Shown: positions 26,938 through 37,899, counted from the stretch's first letter. The stretch: DNA of 64,000 nt from Promethearchaeota archaeon (GCA_011364925.1 RDOA01000006.1:1-64000), one strand, 5' to 3'. A program made the numbers and translations. The notes: generated by a model from the sequence alone, not told the origin.

Positions 26938-27864
26938 ATGATTATGATGGAAAATTATACCAAAAAGATTATTGAGTCTGTTCCTAACTACTCTGAAGGC
27001 ACAGACGGCACTAAGATCGAAAAAATCGTTTCTGAAATAAAAAATGTTCCTCAAACTAAGATTGTTGACATTCAATACGATTCAGACTACAATAGAGCAG
27101 TTATTACTTTTGTAGGAACACCTGAAGCTGTATTAAAAGCTAATATTGCTGCTGCTAAAAAAGCAATAGAATTAATTGATATGAACAAACATAAGGGCCA
27201 ACACCCTCGTATAGGTGCTATTGATGTCGTGCCATTTGTTCCCGCTCAAAATGTTTCCATTGAAGAGTGTATTGAATTATCGAAAAAATTTGCTATGGAG
27301 TTGGCAAATGAGGGTGTGCCAGTGTATTTATACGAAGAATCGGCTCGTCTTTCAGAGAGAAAAAATATCGATAATATTCGAATCGGAGAATACGAAGGAT
27401 TGAAGGAAAGTATTGAAAAAGACCCAAGCAAAAAACCTGACTATGGACCTTCTAAGTTCCATCCAACTGCAGGTGCAGTTATTACGGGAGCTAGATATCC
27501 TCTTATTAGCTTCAACATTAATCTTGGAACCAAAAATGTAAAAATAGCGAAGAAAGTGGCTAAGGCTATTCATTTGCAATCAGGAGGATTGGTAAATGTC
27601 AAAGCAATGGGTACTGAATTAAAAGGTAGGGATTGTGTTCAAGTAGGCATTAGTAATATTAACTTCAAAAAAACACCGCTCTATCGTCAAATGGAGCTCG
27701 TGCGGATTGAAGCTGGTCGATATGGGGTACCCATTGTTGGAACCGAGTTGGTAGGAGTATTACCATTAGAGGCAGTTCTTAACTCGCTTGATTATTATTT
27801 ACAAATTGAAAATCCTAAAAAACTCGAACCAAAGCATTTATTAGAAAACTATTTCGATTTCTAA
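26938..27864 (+). CDS. ftcD: Glutamate formimidoyltransferase (FTCD N-terminal half)
   Basis: IESVPNYSEG, NRAVIT, HKGQHPRIGAIDVVPF, PDYGP and HPTAGA motifs. Confidence 0.92.
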   Translation: MIMMENYTKKIIESVPNYSEGTDGTKIEKIVSEIKNVPQTKIVDIQYDSDYNRAVITFVGTPEAVLKANIAAAKKAIELIDMNKHKGQHPRIGAIDVVPFVPAQNVSIEECIELSKKFAMELANEGVPVYLYEESARLSERKNIDNIRIGEYEGLKESIEKDPSKKPDYGPSKFHPTAGAVITGARYPLISFNINLGTKNVKIAKKVAKAIHLQSGGLVNVKAMGTELKGRDCVQVGISNINFKKTPLYRQMELVRIEAGRYGVPIVGTELVGVLPLEAVLNSLDYYLQIENPKKLEPKHLLENYFDF

Positions 27865-27877
27865 TACTATAAGATAA

Positions 27878-29209
27878 TTATTCTAGATCTATTACTATTT
27901 TACCATTTTTTATAACCTTTGATACTAAATTTACACCAAAATGGTATGGAAGAAAATTATGACTTGGTATATCAAAAACAACTAAATCTGCTTTTTTACC
28001 AACTTCTAAACTACCAATCTCTTCTTGTCGATTAAGAGCACAGGCAGCATTTATTGTAACTGCTGATAAAGCTTCCGCAGGTGAAAGTTTCATGTGGTAA
28101 CAAGCTAACGCGATTATTATCTGTAGTGACTCCGTCCAACAATTAGGATTAAGGTCAGTTGCGAGAGCAATAGGAATCCCCATCTCAATCATTTTTCTAG
28201 CTGGAGCATAATCTTTTAGCATTAAGCAAAACGGTGTTCCAGGTAATAATGTAGCAATGGTATTAGAGCTCTTTAATGCTTCTAATCCTTTATCGTTGGA
28301 TCGTAACAAATGTCCTACTTGTATCGCGTTTAACTCGGCAGCTAATAAAGCGCCACTCGTGTCAACAATCTCATCTATATGAATTTGCGGCTTAAGACCT
28401 GATTTTACCGCAGCATTAATTATCTTTTTAGTTTGCTCTAACGAAAAAATCCCTTCTTCGCAGAATACATCACAAAACTCCGCTAGTTCCTCTTCAACTA
28501 TTTTTGGGATCATTTCTGTAATGATTAAATCTACATATTCATCAGTCTTTCCTTTAAATTCAGGAGGAACAGCATGAGCCCCTAAAAATGTAGAAATTAT
28601 GTCCATAGGGTGTTCGAGGTTCAATTCCTTTACTGCTAACAGGGATTTTACCTCATTTTCGACATCCAATCCATAACCAGATTTAGTTTCTATTGTGGTC
28701 GTACCATATTCCATCATCCTATCTAAAATAATTCTACCATTTTTAATTAATTGAGCTAAAGGAGCTTTTCTAGTGGCTTTAACAGTTTTTAAAATACCTC
28801 CACCAGATTCTAAGATCTCAATATAACTCTTTCCTGCAAGTTTCATTTCTAGTTCGTTTTCCCTATAACCATCAAAAATGATATGAGTATGTGGATCTAT
28901 TAAGCCAGGTGTAACAAGACGATTTGTTGCATCGATGATAATAGTCTCTTCATTAGGAGGAAATTGTTCGATTAATTCTTTCGTGGTTCCTACGAATATT
29001 ATTGAGTCGCGAGAGATTGCTACGGCTCCATCATGAATAATAGCTAAATTTTTCATATCCTCCCCTATTCTTGGAACTCCATAAATGGTATCCATAGTTA
29101 CGAGTTCATTTGCGTGGATAATAATCAAATCTATGTGAGGCTTGATATTATTATCATTAATTACCTTTCTTCTTATTCTTTTAGGCGTTGGAGTAGATCT
29201 AACACTCAT
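27878..29209 (-). CDS. hutI: Imidazolonepropionase
   Basis: PGLIDPHTH, GGGIL.TV, ETKSGYGL, FLGAHAVP, DVFCE and ALATDLNP motifs. Confidence 0.95.
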   Translation of the reverse strand: MSVRSTPTPKRIRRKVINDNNIKPHIDLIIIHANELVTMDTIYGVPRIGEDMKNLAIIHDGAVAISRDSIIFVGTTKELIEQFPPNEETIIIDATNRLVTPGLIDPHTHIIFDGYRENELEMKLAGKSYIEILESGGGILKTVKATRKAPLAQLIKNGRIILDRMMEYGTTTIETKSGYGLDVENEVKSLLAVKELNLEHPMDIISTFLGAHAVPPEFKGKTDEYVDLIITEMIPKIVEEELAEFCDVFCEEGIFSLEQTKKIINAAVKSGLKPQIHIDEIVDTSGALLAAELNAIQVGHLLRSNDKGLEALKSSNTIATLLPGTPFCLMLKDYAPARKMIEMGIPIALATDLNPNCWTESLQIIIALACYHMKLSPAEALSAVTINAACALNRQEEIGSLEVGKKADLVVFDIPSHNFLPYHFGVNLVSKVIKNGKIVIDLE

Positions 29210-29222
29210 TAAATTTGCTTCC

Positions 29223-30737
29223 CTAATTATTATTATAAATTTTTACTAATTCTTCGCTTTTTATAATACTCAAGGCTATTTCAATGAAATCTGATAATAC
29301 AACATCTTCATTGATGTGAGGGATTTTATTACGAATCTGAATATGACAAGCTTCTAAAATTACGCTTGAATTCAGCGGTTTCCTAAAATCAAATGCTTGG
29401 GCAGCACACAAAAGTTCAATCGCTAATATTTTTTCAAGGTTGTTTACAATTTTAAGTGTTTTTCGTGCACTAATTGCTCCCATACTCACATGATCTTCTT
29501 GTCCCATAGATGTAGGGATACTATCTGCACTTGCTGGGAAACACATCGATTTATTTTCGCTGACTAAAGCTGCTGAACTATATTGAGTTATCATAAAACC
29601 AGAATTTAATCCAGACTCTTTGATTAAGTAAGGAGGCAACCCCCATTTTCCTTCTAAAAGAAGATATGTTCTTCTATCTGATATGTTTCCAAGTTCAGAA
29701 GCAGCCAATCCAACATAATCTAAAGGAAGAGCGAGGGGTTGACCATGGAAATTTCCTCCACTAATTGTTTTGTTTTCATTAAAAATAATAGGATTATCTG
29801 TAATTGAATTTAACTCGCACTCTAATATATCCTTGAAGTGTAAGTATGCGTCTCGGGAGGCTCCGTGGACTTGAGGTATACACCGGATGGAATAAGGATC
29901 TTGAACTCTTCCACAATCCTTATGTGACTCAATAAATTGAGAATCTTTCAATAATTTTCTAAATTTTTCAGCAACAATGATAGCTCCTTTATGAGGTCTT
30001 AAGTTAATCAAATCCTCGTCAAAAGGTTGTGGTGAGCCTAGATAAGCCTCAAGACTTAAAGCACTAATGATATCAGCGTTATCGAGACAATTTCTAAATT
30101 TTTTATGAATTATTACCGCATTAGCAGTAATAAATTGCGTGCCATTGATTAAAGCTAATCCCTCCTTAGCTTGTAATTTCAAAGGTGACAAATTGTGTTC
30201 TTGCAGTATTTCGATTGACTCGACAAATTTTCCACCCTCCTTCGATAGATATCCTAATCCGATAAGAGGTAAGAAAAGATGAGCGAGAGGAGCGAGATCT
30301 CCAGACGCTCCAACCGAACCCTGCTCTGGAACTAATGGAATGACATTCCTTTCTATGTGCCAAAAAATACGCTCGATAACTTCTAACGAAATTCCTGAAA
30401 ATCCTTTACATAGAGTATGAAGCTTCAAAATTAGCATAAGTTTTGATAATAAAAGAGTTATAGGTTTACCAATCCCTACACTATGACTCTTGAGAAGATT
30501 TTCTTGTAATTTCCCTGTCTCTTCCTTTGAGATTATTGTAGTACATAGCGATCCAAAACCAGTATTTACGCTATAAACTAATTTTTCTCCTTTAGCTATT
30601 TTTTGAACCACTTCATAATTCTCTTTTACCTTCAATTTTACTTCTTCAGTAATTATACCTTTTATCTCCCCATTTGCAATTTGTAGAGCTAAGTCAGGCG
30701 TTAAGTGGTCAAATCCATATCTAAAATTATTTTTCAT
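29223..30737 (-). CDS. hutH: Histidine ammonia-lyase
   Basis: NTGFG, GASGDLAPL (MIO tripeptide ASG), KEGLALINGT, QDPYSIRC, GGNFHG and QEDHVSMG motifs. Confidence 0.96.
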   Translation of the reverse strand: MKNNFRYGFDHLTPDLALQIANGEIKGIITEEVKLKVKENYEVVQKIAKGEKLVYSVNTGFGSLCTTIISKEETGKLQENLLKSHSVGIGKPITLLLSKLMLILKLHTLCKGFSGISLEVIERIFWHIERNVIPLVPEQGSVGASGDLAPLAHLFLPLIGLGYLSKEGGKFVESIEILQEHNLSPLKLQAKEGLALINGTQFITANAVIIHKKFRNCLDNADIISALSLEAYLGSPQPFDEDLINLRPHKGAIIVAEKFRKLLKDSQFIESHKDCGRVQDPYSIRCIPQVHGASRDAYLHFKDILECELNSITDNPIIFNENKTISGGNFHGQPLALPLDYVGLAASELGNISDRRTYLLLEGKWGLPPYLIKESGLNSGFMITQYSSAALVSENKSMCFPASADSIPTSMGQEDHVSMGAISARKTLKIVNNLEKILAIELLCAAQAFDFRKPLNSSVILEACHIQIRNKIPHINEDVVLSDFIEIALSIIKSEELVKIYNNN

Positions 30738-30755
30738 ATTTAATGCAAATCCATA

Positions 30756-32768
30756 TTAAATTTTGTTTAATTCTGAATCTATAATACTTTTAATCATATC
30801 CTCGTCTATTTGGAACGGTAATGTAATTTGTCCTTTTTCACTATATTGAATATTCCACCTATACGCTGTATCAATAGCATTTGTATTTCGTGCCCAGGCT
30901 CTTCTAGCAATTCCACATGTTACGTCCCAGTCGATAGCATTTCTTATTATCTCATTGACGCGCTCCGAACCGTCTAAAACTAATCCAAATCCTCCGTTGA
31001 TTGCTTTTCCCGTTCCTACACCACCTCCATTAGAGAGAACACACATTGTCATACCTCTAGCTATGTTCCCCGCCCAACTATGGTGTGCCATGTCTGCCAT
31101 AATATTGCTACCATCTTTTATGTTTGATGTTTCTCTGAATGGAGAATCTGTACCAGAGACATCGTGGTGATCTCTACCGAGCATAATAGGACCGATTTCT
31201 CCAGACCTAACTAATTCGTTAAATTTTAAAGCAATTTTTACACGCGTTTCCATATCAGCATATAATATTCGAGCTTGTGAGCCTACTACTAATTCATTTT
31301 TCTCCGCATTTTTAATCCAATACCAATTATCGCGGTCTTGAGCTCTTCGATTTGGATCTATACAATTAAGAGCAATTTCGTCTGTTTTCATTAAATCTGA
31401 ATGTTTTAAGCTTAAACAAACCCATCGAAAAGGCCCGTAACCATAATCAAAACATATTGGTCCCATGATGTGTTCTACATAAGAAGGGAAAATAAAGCCA
31501 TTTTTAGGATCTCCATTAATCGCGATTTCTTGAATACCAGCGTCATAAACAGCTTTAAGGAAAGAATTACCATAATCCCAGAAGTTTGTCCCTCTGTTTA
31601 CCATCGTTTTAATAAGTCTATATTGCTCACATAAGGATTCGTCAACCAGCTTCTTATACCTTGTTCTATCAGATTTTAGTAGCTCTCTACCTTCTTCGAA
31701 AGTTAAACTCATTGGGGTGTATCCTCCTTCATAAGGAGCATGGCAAGATGTCTGATCTGAGGCAAGTTCAACTTTAATATTATTATCAACCACATATTTC
31801 CAAATATCAACCACATTCCCATGAAAAGCTATCGAAACTGTATCTTTTCTCTTTTTGTATTCATCAACCCAATTGAAGATTTCCTCAAGGTTATTTGACA
31901 ATTTACTTACCCAACCTTGTTCATAACGAGTATTAATGCGGGACTTATCAACTTCTGCTATAATTCCGATACCACCCGCGATTTCTATTGCCTTGGCTTG
32001 AGCACCACTCATTCCTCCTAATCCAGAGGTAATATACAAAATTCCTCTAAGACCTTTATCCGGAGGGATATTTAGATAAAGCCTACCAGCATTTAATAAT
32101 GTGATATAGGTCCCATGGACTATTCCTTGGGGACCTATGTACATCCATCCACCTGCAGTCATCTGTCCATAATTTGCCACTCCCAGAGCGGACGCTCGTT
32201 GAAATTCTTCAGGAGTGTCAAATGAACCGACCATAAGACCGTTAGTCATAATTACCCTTGGAGCATCTTTTTTGCTGGGAAATAATCCGAGTGGATGGCC
32301 AGACATGACAGCGAGAGTTTGATTTTCCTTTATTACCTCGAGATATTGTCTAATTAAACAGTATTGTAGCCAATTCTCACATACTTGCCCGCTTTCACCG
32401 TAAGTAACTAATTCATAAGGATAAAGAGCAACATCAAAATCTAAATTGTTATCAATCATTAATTGTATGGCTCGCGCTTCAAGAATTCCTTTATAATCAT
32501 CTATTGGTTTGGCTTTTATTTGTCCAGAGGGTCGATATCGATAGGCATAAATTCTTCCTCTAGTTAATAGCTCGTTTAAAAATTCTGGGGCTAATTGTTC
32601 ATGAAGACTTTTAGGGAGATATCTTAAACTATTCTTCAATGCAATAACAGTTTCTTCACGATTAAGGTTGAACCCACGATTTGGAGCTCTACGAATTCCT
32701 TTTTGAAATTCGGGCATTCGTGGTAATTTATCTGATAACTTAATCTTCATAGCTTTTGAAACATCCAT
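30756..32768 (-). CDS. hutU: Urocanate hydratase, long ~670-aa type
   Basis: ALYPYELVTYG, GQMTAGGWMYIGPQGIVHGT, GLGGMSGAQ, SDQTSCH and GRDHHD motifs. Confidence 0.96.
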   Translation of the reverse strand: MDVSKAMKIKLSDKLPRMPEFQKGIRRAPNRGFNLNREETVIALKNSLRYLPKSLHEQLAPEFLNELLTRGRIYAYRYRPSGQIKAKPIDDYKGILEARAIQLMIDNNLDFDVALYPYELVTYGESGQVCENWLQYCLIRQYLEVIKENQTLAVMSGHPLGLFPSKKDAPRVIMTNGLMVGSFDTPEEFQRASALGVANYGQMTAGGWMYIGPQGIVHGTYITLLNAGRLYLNIPPDKGLRGILYITSGLGGMSGAQAKAIEIAGGIGIIAEVDKSRINTRYEQGWVSKLSNNLEEIFNWVDEYKKRKDTVSIAFHGNVVDIWKYVVDNNIKVELASDQTSCHAPYEGGYTPMSLTFEEGRELLKSDRTRYKKLVDESLCEQYRLIKTMVNRGTNFWDYGNSFLKAVYDAGIQEIAINGDPKNGFIFPSYVEHIMGPICFDYGYGPFRWVCLSLKHSDLMKTDEIALNCIDPNRRAQDRDNWYWIKNAEKNELVVGSQARILYADMETRVKIALKFNELVRSGEIGPIMLGRDHHDVSGTDSPFRETSNIKDGSNIMADMAHHSWAGNIARGMTMCVLSNGGGVGTGKAINGGFGLVLDGSERVNEIIRNAIDWDVTCGIARRAWARNTNAIDTAYRWNIQYSEKGQITLPFQIDEDMIKSIIDSELNKI

Positions 32769-32871
32769 ATTTTTAACTAACTCCCATTAGTATTTAATAT
32801 TTAACAATATCACCTAGATATGAATAATAGATAAAATGAAGAAGAATTATAAAAAAAATTGAAATTAAAAA

Positions 32872-34710
32872 TCAGATATTGTCTAAATCGAGTTTTTTGA
32901 GTTTTTCTTGATTTGGATACCCAGAGACTTTATCAAATTGTCTATACTCATAATATGCGTCTTTTAACTGTTGAAAGTTTGGCGTTTTTCCCGCAGAACC
33001 TCCCTCATTAACTGGATTCAATACTATTTTTGGTAATCTATCGTCTGCTGCTGTGAGTCCCATTTTCAAGTTAAATAACCTTTTAATCATGTAGATGCGT
33101 TCCCCTAGCAATTTAAAATCCTCCATGTTTAAATTTAAACCCGTCGCCTTCGTTACCATATTTAGAACCATATCGGTTGGAGGATTAGCAAACACACATA
33201 ATATAAGTGATGAGTATAACGCACGATAATCTTGAATGCGAGCGCAGAATTCTGCCACAGGTCCATCATCTTGATACCAATCTATATTTAACTCAATCCC
33301 ATATTCGCTAAATGGATAGCCTAATAACACAATATAAGCATCACAGGATGTGTGACACGGTCCTCGCGGGGTCCCCATAGCATAGCCAGCAGCCATACCG
33401 TACATCCTCCTTAAATCGTGGTATGGTATTTCCATTCCGTAAGTTGTAGCAATCTCATCTTGGGAAACATTGAATTTCTTTCCAACATAATCAGAACCTT
33501 CAGCCATTATGTCTCCGATTCCTTCTCTAAATGTGATTTTTCTTAATAACTCGAGAGCTGGTTTAATTTCGCCCCATGTTGGATTTAATCCTTGTATATC
33601 CTCAGGCTCAATTATTCCTTTATCAAAAAGATAATAAACAAATGCTATAGTGCTACTACCACTAATGGTGTCTATGCCGTAATCATTACAGAGGTAATTG
33701 GCTCTTTGAATTCCTTCAAGATTATCATTTAAGATCATTGAACCAAATCCTGCTACAGTTTCATACTCTGCGGCTTCAATTTCTCCATCAGTTTTGAATT
33801 CACCTTCATTAATTTTTGCTCTCTTTGCACACCCAATAGGGCAGGCATAACAGGGATAACTTCCAGAGAATATTTTTTCAAAAGCTGTTGAACCAGAAAT
33901 ATTGTAGGCACCCTCCCAAGTCCCTTGGGTCCAATATTTTATAGGTAATTCACCCGATGCATTATACATATCAACGCCACTTGAAGTTCCAAGATCTCCA
34001 AACATTTCTGTCATAAAAGCAGATTTTATATGGTCTGTTGTTGTTTTTACAGCCTCTTTATAACCTTCTGGGTCGAAAGCATTATAACTTCTCTTTTTTC
34101 CTCGAACTGTAATCGCTTTCAATTTTTTTGAGCCCATTACAGCACCCATCCCCGTTCTACCCGCAGCCTTATCTTCAGAAGCAATAATAGCATATCTTAC
34201 AAGATTTTCACCAGCTTGACCTATACAAGCTACTCGAGTCAAGGGGGATCCTGAATTCTCTTTCAAAATGGCAGATGTTTCAAAAATCCCTTTTCCCCAC
34301 AAATTTGAAGCATCTTTTATTTCTGCTCCATTTTCATTTATATCTAAATATACGGGACTTTCTGAAGCCCCTTTAATCACTATTCCATCAAAGCCCGTTT
34401 TTCTTAATTCTGGACCAAAAAAGCCACCACAATTAGATTCACCCCATATTCCTGTTAATGGTGATTTTGCACAAACAACAAATCTTCCACTTGTAGGAGC
34501 GTTCGAACCACAAAAAATACCTGTCATAAACATTAAAATGTTGTTTGATGAAAGGGGATCAATTTCCTTGTCAATTTTATCGTATAAATATCGACACGCA
34601 TAGCCAGCACCACTCAGAAATTTTTCTGCGATTGAATTTTCAATTGGCTCTTCACTTATCTTCTTGGTATTTAAATCAACTATTAAAAGCTTTCCTTCAA
34701 AACCTTTCAT
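32872..34710 (-). CDS. Tungsten-dependent aldehyde:ferredoxin oxidoreductase family protein
   Basis: KSPLTG, GESNCGG, AGRTGMGAVMGSKKLK, CYACPIGC, EYET, GIDTIS and DDRLP motifs. Confidence 0.92.
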   Translation of the reverse strand: MKGFEGKLLIVDLNTKKISEEPIENSIAEKFLSGAGYACRYLYDKIDKEIDPLSSNNILMFMTGIFCGSNAPTSGRFVVCAKSPLTGIWGESNCGGFFGPELRKTGFDGIVIKGASESPVYLDINENGAEIKDASNLWGKGIFETSAILKENSGSPLTRVACIGQAGENLVRYAIIASEDKAAGRTGMGAVMGSKKLKAITVRGKKRSYNAFDPEGYKEAVKTTTDHIKSAFMTEMFGDLGTSSGVDMYNASGELPIKYWTQGTWEGAYNISGSTAFEKIFSGSYPCYACPIGCAKRAKINEGEFKTDGEIEAAEYETVAGFGSMILNDNLEGIQRANYLCNDYGIDTISGSSTIAFVYYLFDKGIIEPEDIQGLNPTWGEIKPALELLRKITFREGIGDIMAEGSDYVGKKFNVSQDEIATTYGMEIPYHDLRRMYGMAAGYAMGTPRGPCHTSCDAYIVLLGYPFSEYGIELNIDWYQDDGPVAEFCARIQDYRALYSSLILCVFANPPTDMVLNMVTKATGLNLNMEDFKLLGERIYMIKRLFNLKMGLTAADDRLPKIVLNPVNEGGSAGKTPNFQQLKDAYYEYRQFDKVSGYPNQEKLKKLDLDNI

Positions 34711-34817
34711 TTGAAAACACTTAAAGATTTTTAGTTTTAACCTTAAATAATTAGTGTTATAACTATATTTACAATTAGTAAGATTTGTTATATATTTTCC
34801 TAAAAAGCTTAATACTT

Positions 34818-36548
34818 TTACTTAAATACCTTCACTTCACGAGCCTCGAGTTTTTCAAGTGAAGCAGGAAACTTTTTTAGGTTATTACGTTCAATATTCA
34901 AATATTGAAGCGAAGAAAGTAATTCAATTGATTCTGGTAAATTTATAATTGAATTACTTCTTAAAAATAAATATTTTAAAGATTTCAATTTACCAATTGA
35001 ATCAGGAATATTAATTAACTCATTATTTCCGAGATATAAATACTTCAAATTTTCAAGGTTGCCAATAGCGTTAGGAATCTCTTTCAAATTGTTGTAGTAT
35101 AAATAGAGTCGTTTAAGGGATTTCAAATCTCCGATTGAATCAGGGATCGTATTTATATTATTTTTGCCCAAATCCAAATTTTCTAAAGTAGATAGAGATC
35201 CTATAGAAGTTGGAATTGTTTCTAAACGATTAAAGCCTAACATCAAATTTTTTAGTCTTGGTAATTTTCCTATAGATGCAGTTAAACTGATCAGTTTATT
35301 TGTAGAAATATCAAGCTCTCTTAGCGAATTCAATGACCCTATTGACTCTGGGAGTGCTTTTAATTGATTTTTGCTTAAATCTAATATTTCAAGAGAACTT
35401 AAATTACCAAGGGATTCGGGCAATTTTGTTAATTTATTATCATATAAATCTAATTCTTTTAAAGTGGATAAACCTCCAATTGAACTTGGAAGTTCTTCTA
35501 GTTCGTTGCGATCAACTTTTAAAGATTCGAGATTTTTTAAATTAGATATCGATTCGGGAAGAGATTTTAGCATATTTCTATCGAGTTTAAGAGATTTGAG
35601 GGATTTTAGGTTTCCAATATTCGGTAATTCAGTTAACTGATTGTTAGTTATCTCCAATTTCAGAAGATTCTCAAGATTATTAATGGAATTAGGTAATTCC
35701 GTTAGGAAATTAGAAGTAACATCTAAATTTTCTAAAGCTTCAAGCGAACCAATAGATTCGGGAAGTGATGGTAGCTTATTAGATGTCAGTCCAAAATACT
35801 TAAGATTTTTTAGATCACCAATTGAATCAGGTAAATATGTCAAGTTATTACTTTTTAAAAATAAGGAAGATAAGGTAGAAAGGTTACCTATAGATTCTGG
35901 TAACTTTATTAACTCATTATTCCTAAGATTAAGTCTATTTAATGATCTTAATAAGCTAATGTTGTTAGGTAGCGAAATTAGGTGATTACCTCCTAAATAT
36001 AAGAGTTCTAAAGATTTGAGGTTTTTAATTGAATCTGGTATTTCAATTATCTCATTGTGACTTAAATCTAAGGTTTGTAAATTTACTAAATCTCCTATGG
36101 ATTCTGGAATTTTACTTAAAGAATTCTCGCTTAAGTCCAATAAAGTAAGTTGATATAAAGAACTAATTGTCTCTGGCAATTCTGTTAACAAATTCGTTTC
36201 CAAGTATAATTCCTTTAATGATGATAAAGAATAAATCGCTTTAGGCAATTTTATTATCCGATTTTCACTTAAATCTAATGTTTCAAGTGATGAAAGAAAA
36301 AAGAGTTCTTCTGGTATTACTTTTAGCTTATTTCCTCTTACTAGTAATTTTTTTAAAAAAGAAAGCGTTGTTATTTTTTCTGGAATCATAGTCATTCCAC
36401 ACGAAAATAAACTAAGTCCGATAATATGATCGTTCTCAATTTTAAATCCAACAGTATAGCTTTGAAGATCTGAAACCTCTGGAATAGTAAACCCTATTAA
36501 TTTTTCTAAGTAATTAAGAAATCTTTTTTCTTCTTGACTATTTGTCAT
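34818..36548 (-). CDS. Leucine-rich repeat protein (~22-23 repeats of 23 aa)
   Basis: Consensus LP.SIG.L..L..L.L..N.L repeated throughout after a short N-cap. Confidence 0.95.
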   Translation of the reverse strand: MTNSQEEKRFLNYLEKLIGFTIPEVSDLQSYTVGFKIENDHIIGLSLFSCGMTMIPEKITTLSFLKKLLVRGNKLKVIPEELFFLSSLETLDLSENRIIKLPKAIYSLSSLKELYLETNLLTELPETISSLYQLTLLDLSENSLSKIPESIGDLVNLQTLDLSHNEIIEIPDSIKNLKSLELLYLGGNHLISLPNNISLLRSLNRLNLRNNELIKLPESIGNLSTLSSLFLKSNNLTYLPDSIGDLKNLKYFGLTSNKLPSLPESIGSLEALENLDVTSNFLTELPNSINNLENLLKLEITNNQLTELPNIGNLKSLKSLKLDRNMLKSLPESISNLKNLESLKVDRNELEELPSSIGGLSTLKELDLYDNKLTKLPESLGNLSSLEILDLSKNQLKALPESIGSLNSLRELDISTNKLISLTASIGKLPRLKNLMLGFNRLETIPTSIGSLSTLENLDLGKNNINTIPDSIGDLKSLKRLYLYYNNLKEIPNAIGNLENLKYLYLGNNELINIPDSIGKLKSLKYLFLRSNSIINLPESIELLSSLQYLNIERNNLKKFPASLEKLEAREVKVFK

Positions 36549-36702
36549 GAAAATTCCCGAACAATTTTTTTATTGTAGATAAAAGGTTTAAAAAAGTAAT
36601 AAAAAATGGTATTTATATGGTTTAACATTTCCACAAATTTGAGTTATAGGGGTTCAAAATAAAATTTTAAAAAAAAGGTGTTAGATTTAATATTCAAACC
36701 AT

Positions 36703-37899
36703 TTAAAAATCGATATCTTTCCCTTCATAAGCATATTCGTACAATTTTCTAAATTGTTCACCACTTGTGGCTCTTGGAGTAAGGACTGAACTCGCATCTT
36801 GATAGCATAGATTAACTAAAGAATCTATATTTTTTTCGAAGTCTTCTTTTGAGACACCCGTTTCTTTGAGGCTCATAGGAAAATTAACTTCCTCCTGAAG
36901 TTCGACCAGTTTTTCTATAACTCTTTCAGCTGCTTTCTTGTCATCGTCACTCCAAGAGACCCAGCCTAATTGTTTAGCTAATTTAGCGTAAATCTTGATG
37001 GCATCATCTTTATCGGGATCATTCAATATGAATTGAGTTACATATTTCAGTACTATTCCTACACATTTACCATGATGAACATGATACATCGACCCCCATG
37101 AATGCCCTAGAGTGTGTCCGATATGAACTTGTCCATTTCCGAAAGCTAATCCCGCAATAGTAGCTGCTTGGTGAAGAAAATCTCTTGCTTCCAGATTTTT
37201 TCCATCTTTATATATTATTGGTAAGTATTTAAAGACTAGTTCTATCGCTTTTAGTGCTAAAGCGTTACTAAATTCATTCCTCCAAAGAGTTCCTAAGCCT
37301 TCTATGGAATGAGCAAGCGTATCAAAAGCAGTGTTGACAGTGAGCTCTGTAGGCATACCGCTTGGGAAAATCGGGTCCACGATAGCGTAAGTAGGGATTA
37401 AACCTCTATGAATAAAGAAGTATTTCTTCCATATATTATCTTCATACCGAGAAATAACCGTAACAAAAGTTGTTTCTGCTCCTGTTCCAGAAGTAGTAGG
37501 AATTGCAATCAACTTCGCTTTTTTACCCATATCGTATAAATCATTTCTAAAAAGGTGAATATCATCCAAATTAAATTCGGGAAATTCATACAAAACCCAT
37601 ACTACTTTAGCAGTATCCATGACTGATCCACCTCCTAAAGCGATTATTATATCAGGAGAATATTTTAGGCATTGTTCTCGAGCTTTCAAAACACCATTTT
37701 CTCTAGGATCTGGTACGACCTCGTCAAAAACATCATAACTCTTCCCAAACTTATCAAGAACATCAGTTAATATCTTTAAATATCCTAAATCTTTAACAAT
37801 TTTATCAGTAATAATAAAACATTTCTCACCAGAAATCATTTCCATGAAATCTAAGGAATCTGGGCCATAGATTATATTAGGGGAGAAGAAAAACCACAT
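36703..37899 (-). CDS. Iron-containing alcohol dehydrogenase
   Basis: GGGSVMDTAK, PTTSGTGAE, DTLAHSIE and H..GH...H motifs. Confidence 0.92.
   Translation of the reverse strand: MWFFFSPNIIYGPDSLDFMEMISGEKCFIITDKIVKDLGYLKILTDVLDKFGKSYDVFDEVVPDPRENGVLKAREQCLKYSPDIIIALGGGSVMDTAKVVWVLYEFPEFNLDDIHLFRNDLYDMGKKAKLIAIPTTSGTGAETTFVTVISRYEDNIWKKYFFIHRGLIPTYAIVDPIFPSGMPTELTVNTAFDTLAHSIEGLGTLWRNEFSNALALKAIELVFKYLPIIYKDGKNLEARDFLHQAATIAGLAFGNGQVHIGHTLGHSWGSMYHVHHGKCVGIVLKYVTQFILNDPDKDDAIKIYAKLAKQLGWVSWSDDDKKAAERVIEKLVELQEEVNFPMSLKETGVSKEDFEKNIDSLVNLCYQDASSVLTPRATSGEQFRKLYEYAYEGKDIDF

Noticed and set aside
29150-29209. Basic N-terminal extension of HutI (PTPKRIRRK) resembling a nuclear localisation signal
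   Set aside because: A short basic tract in a prokaryotic enzyme; nothing in the sequence supports a targeting role.
35164-35985. Several plus-strand ORFs with periodic 'PIDSG' motifs, and the underlying 69-nt DNA periodicity
   Set aside because: Antisense reflection of the LRR codons; not a CRISPR array (no identical repeats with unique spacers) and not separate genes.
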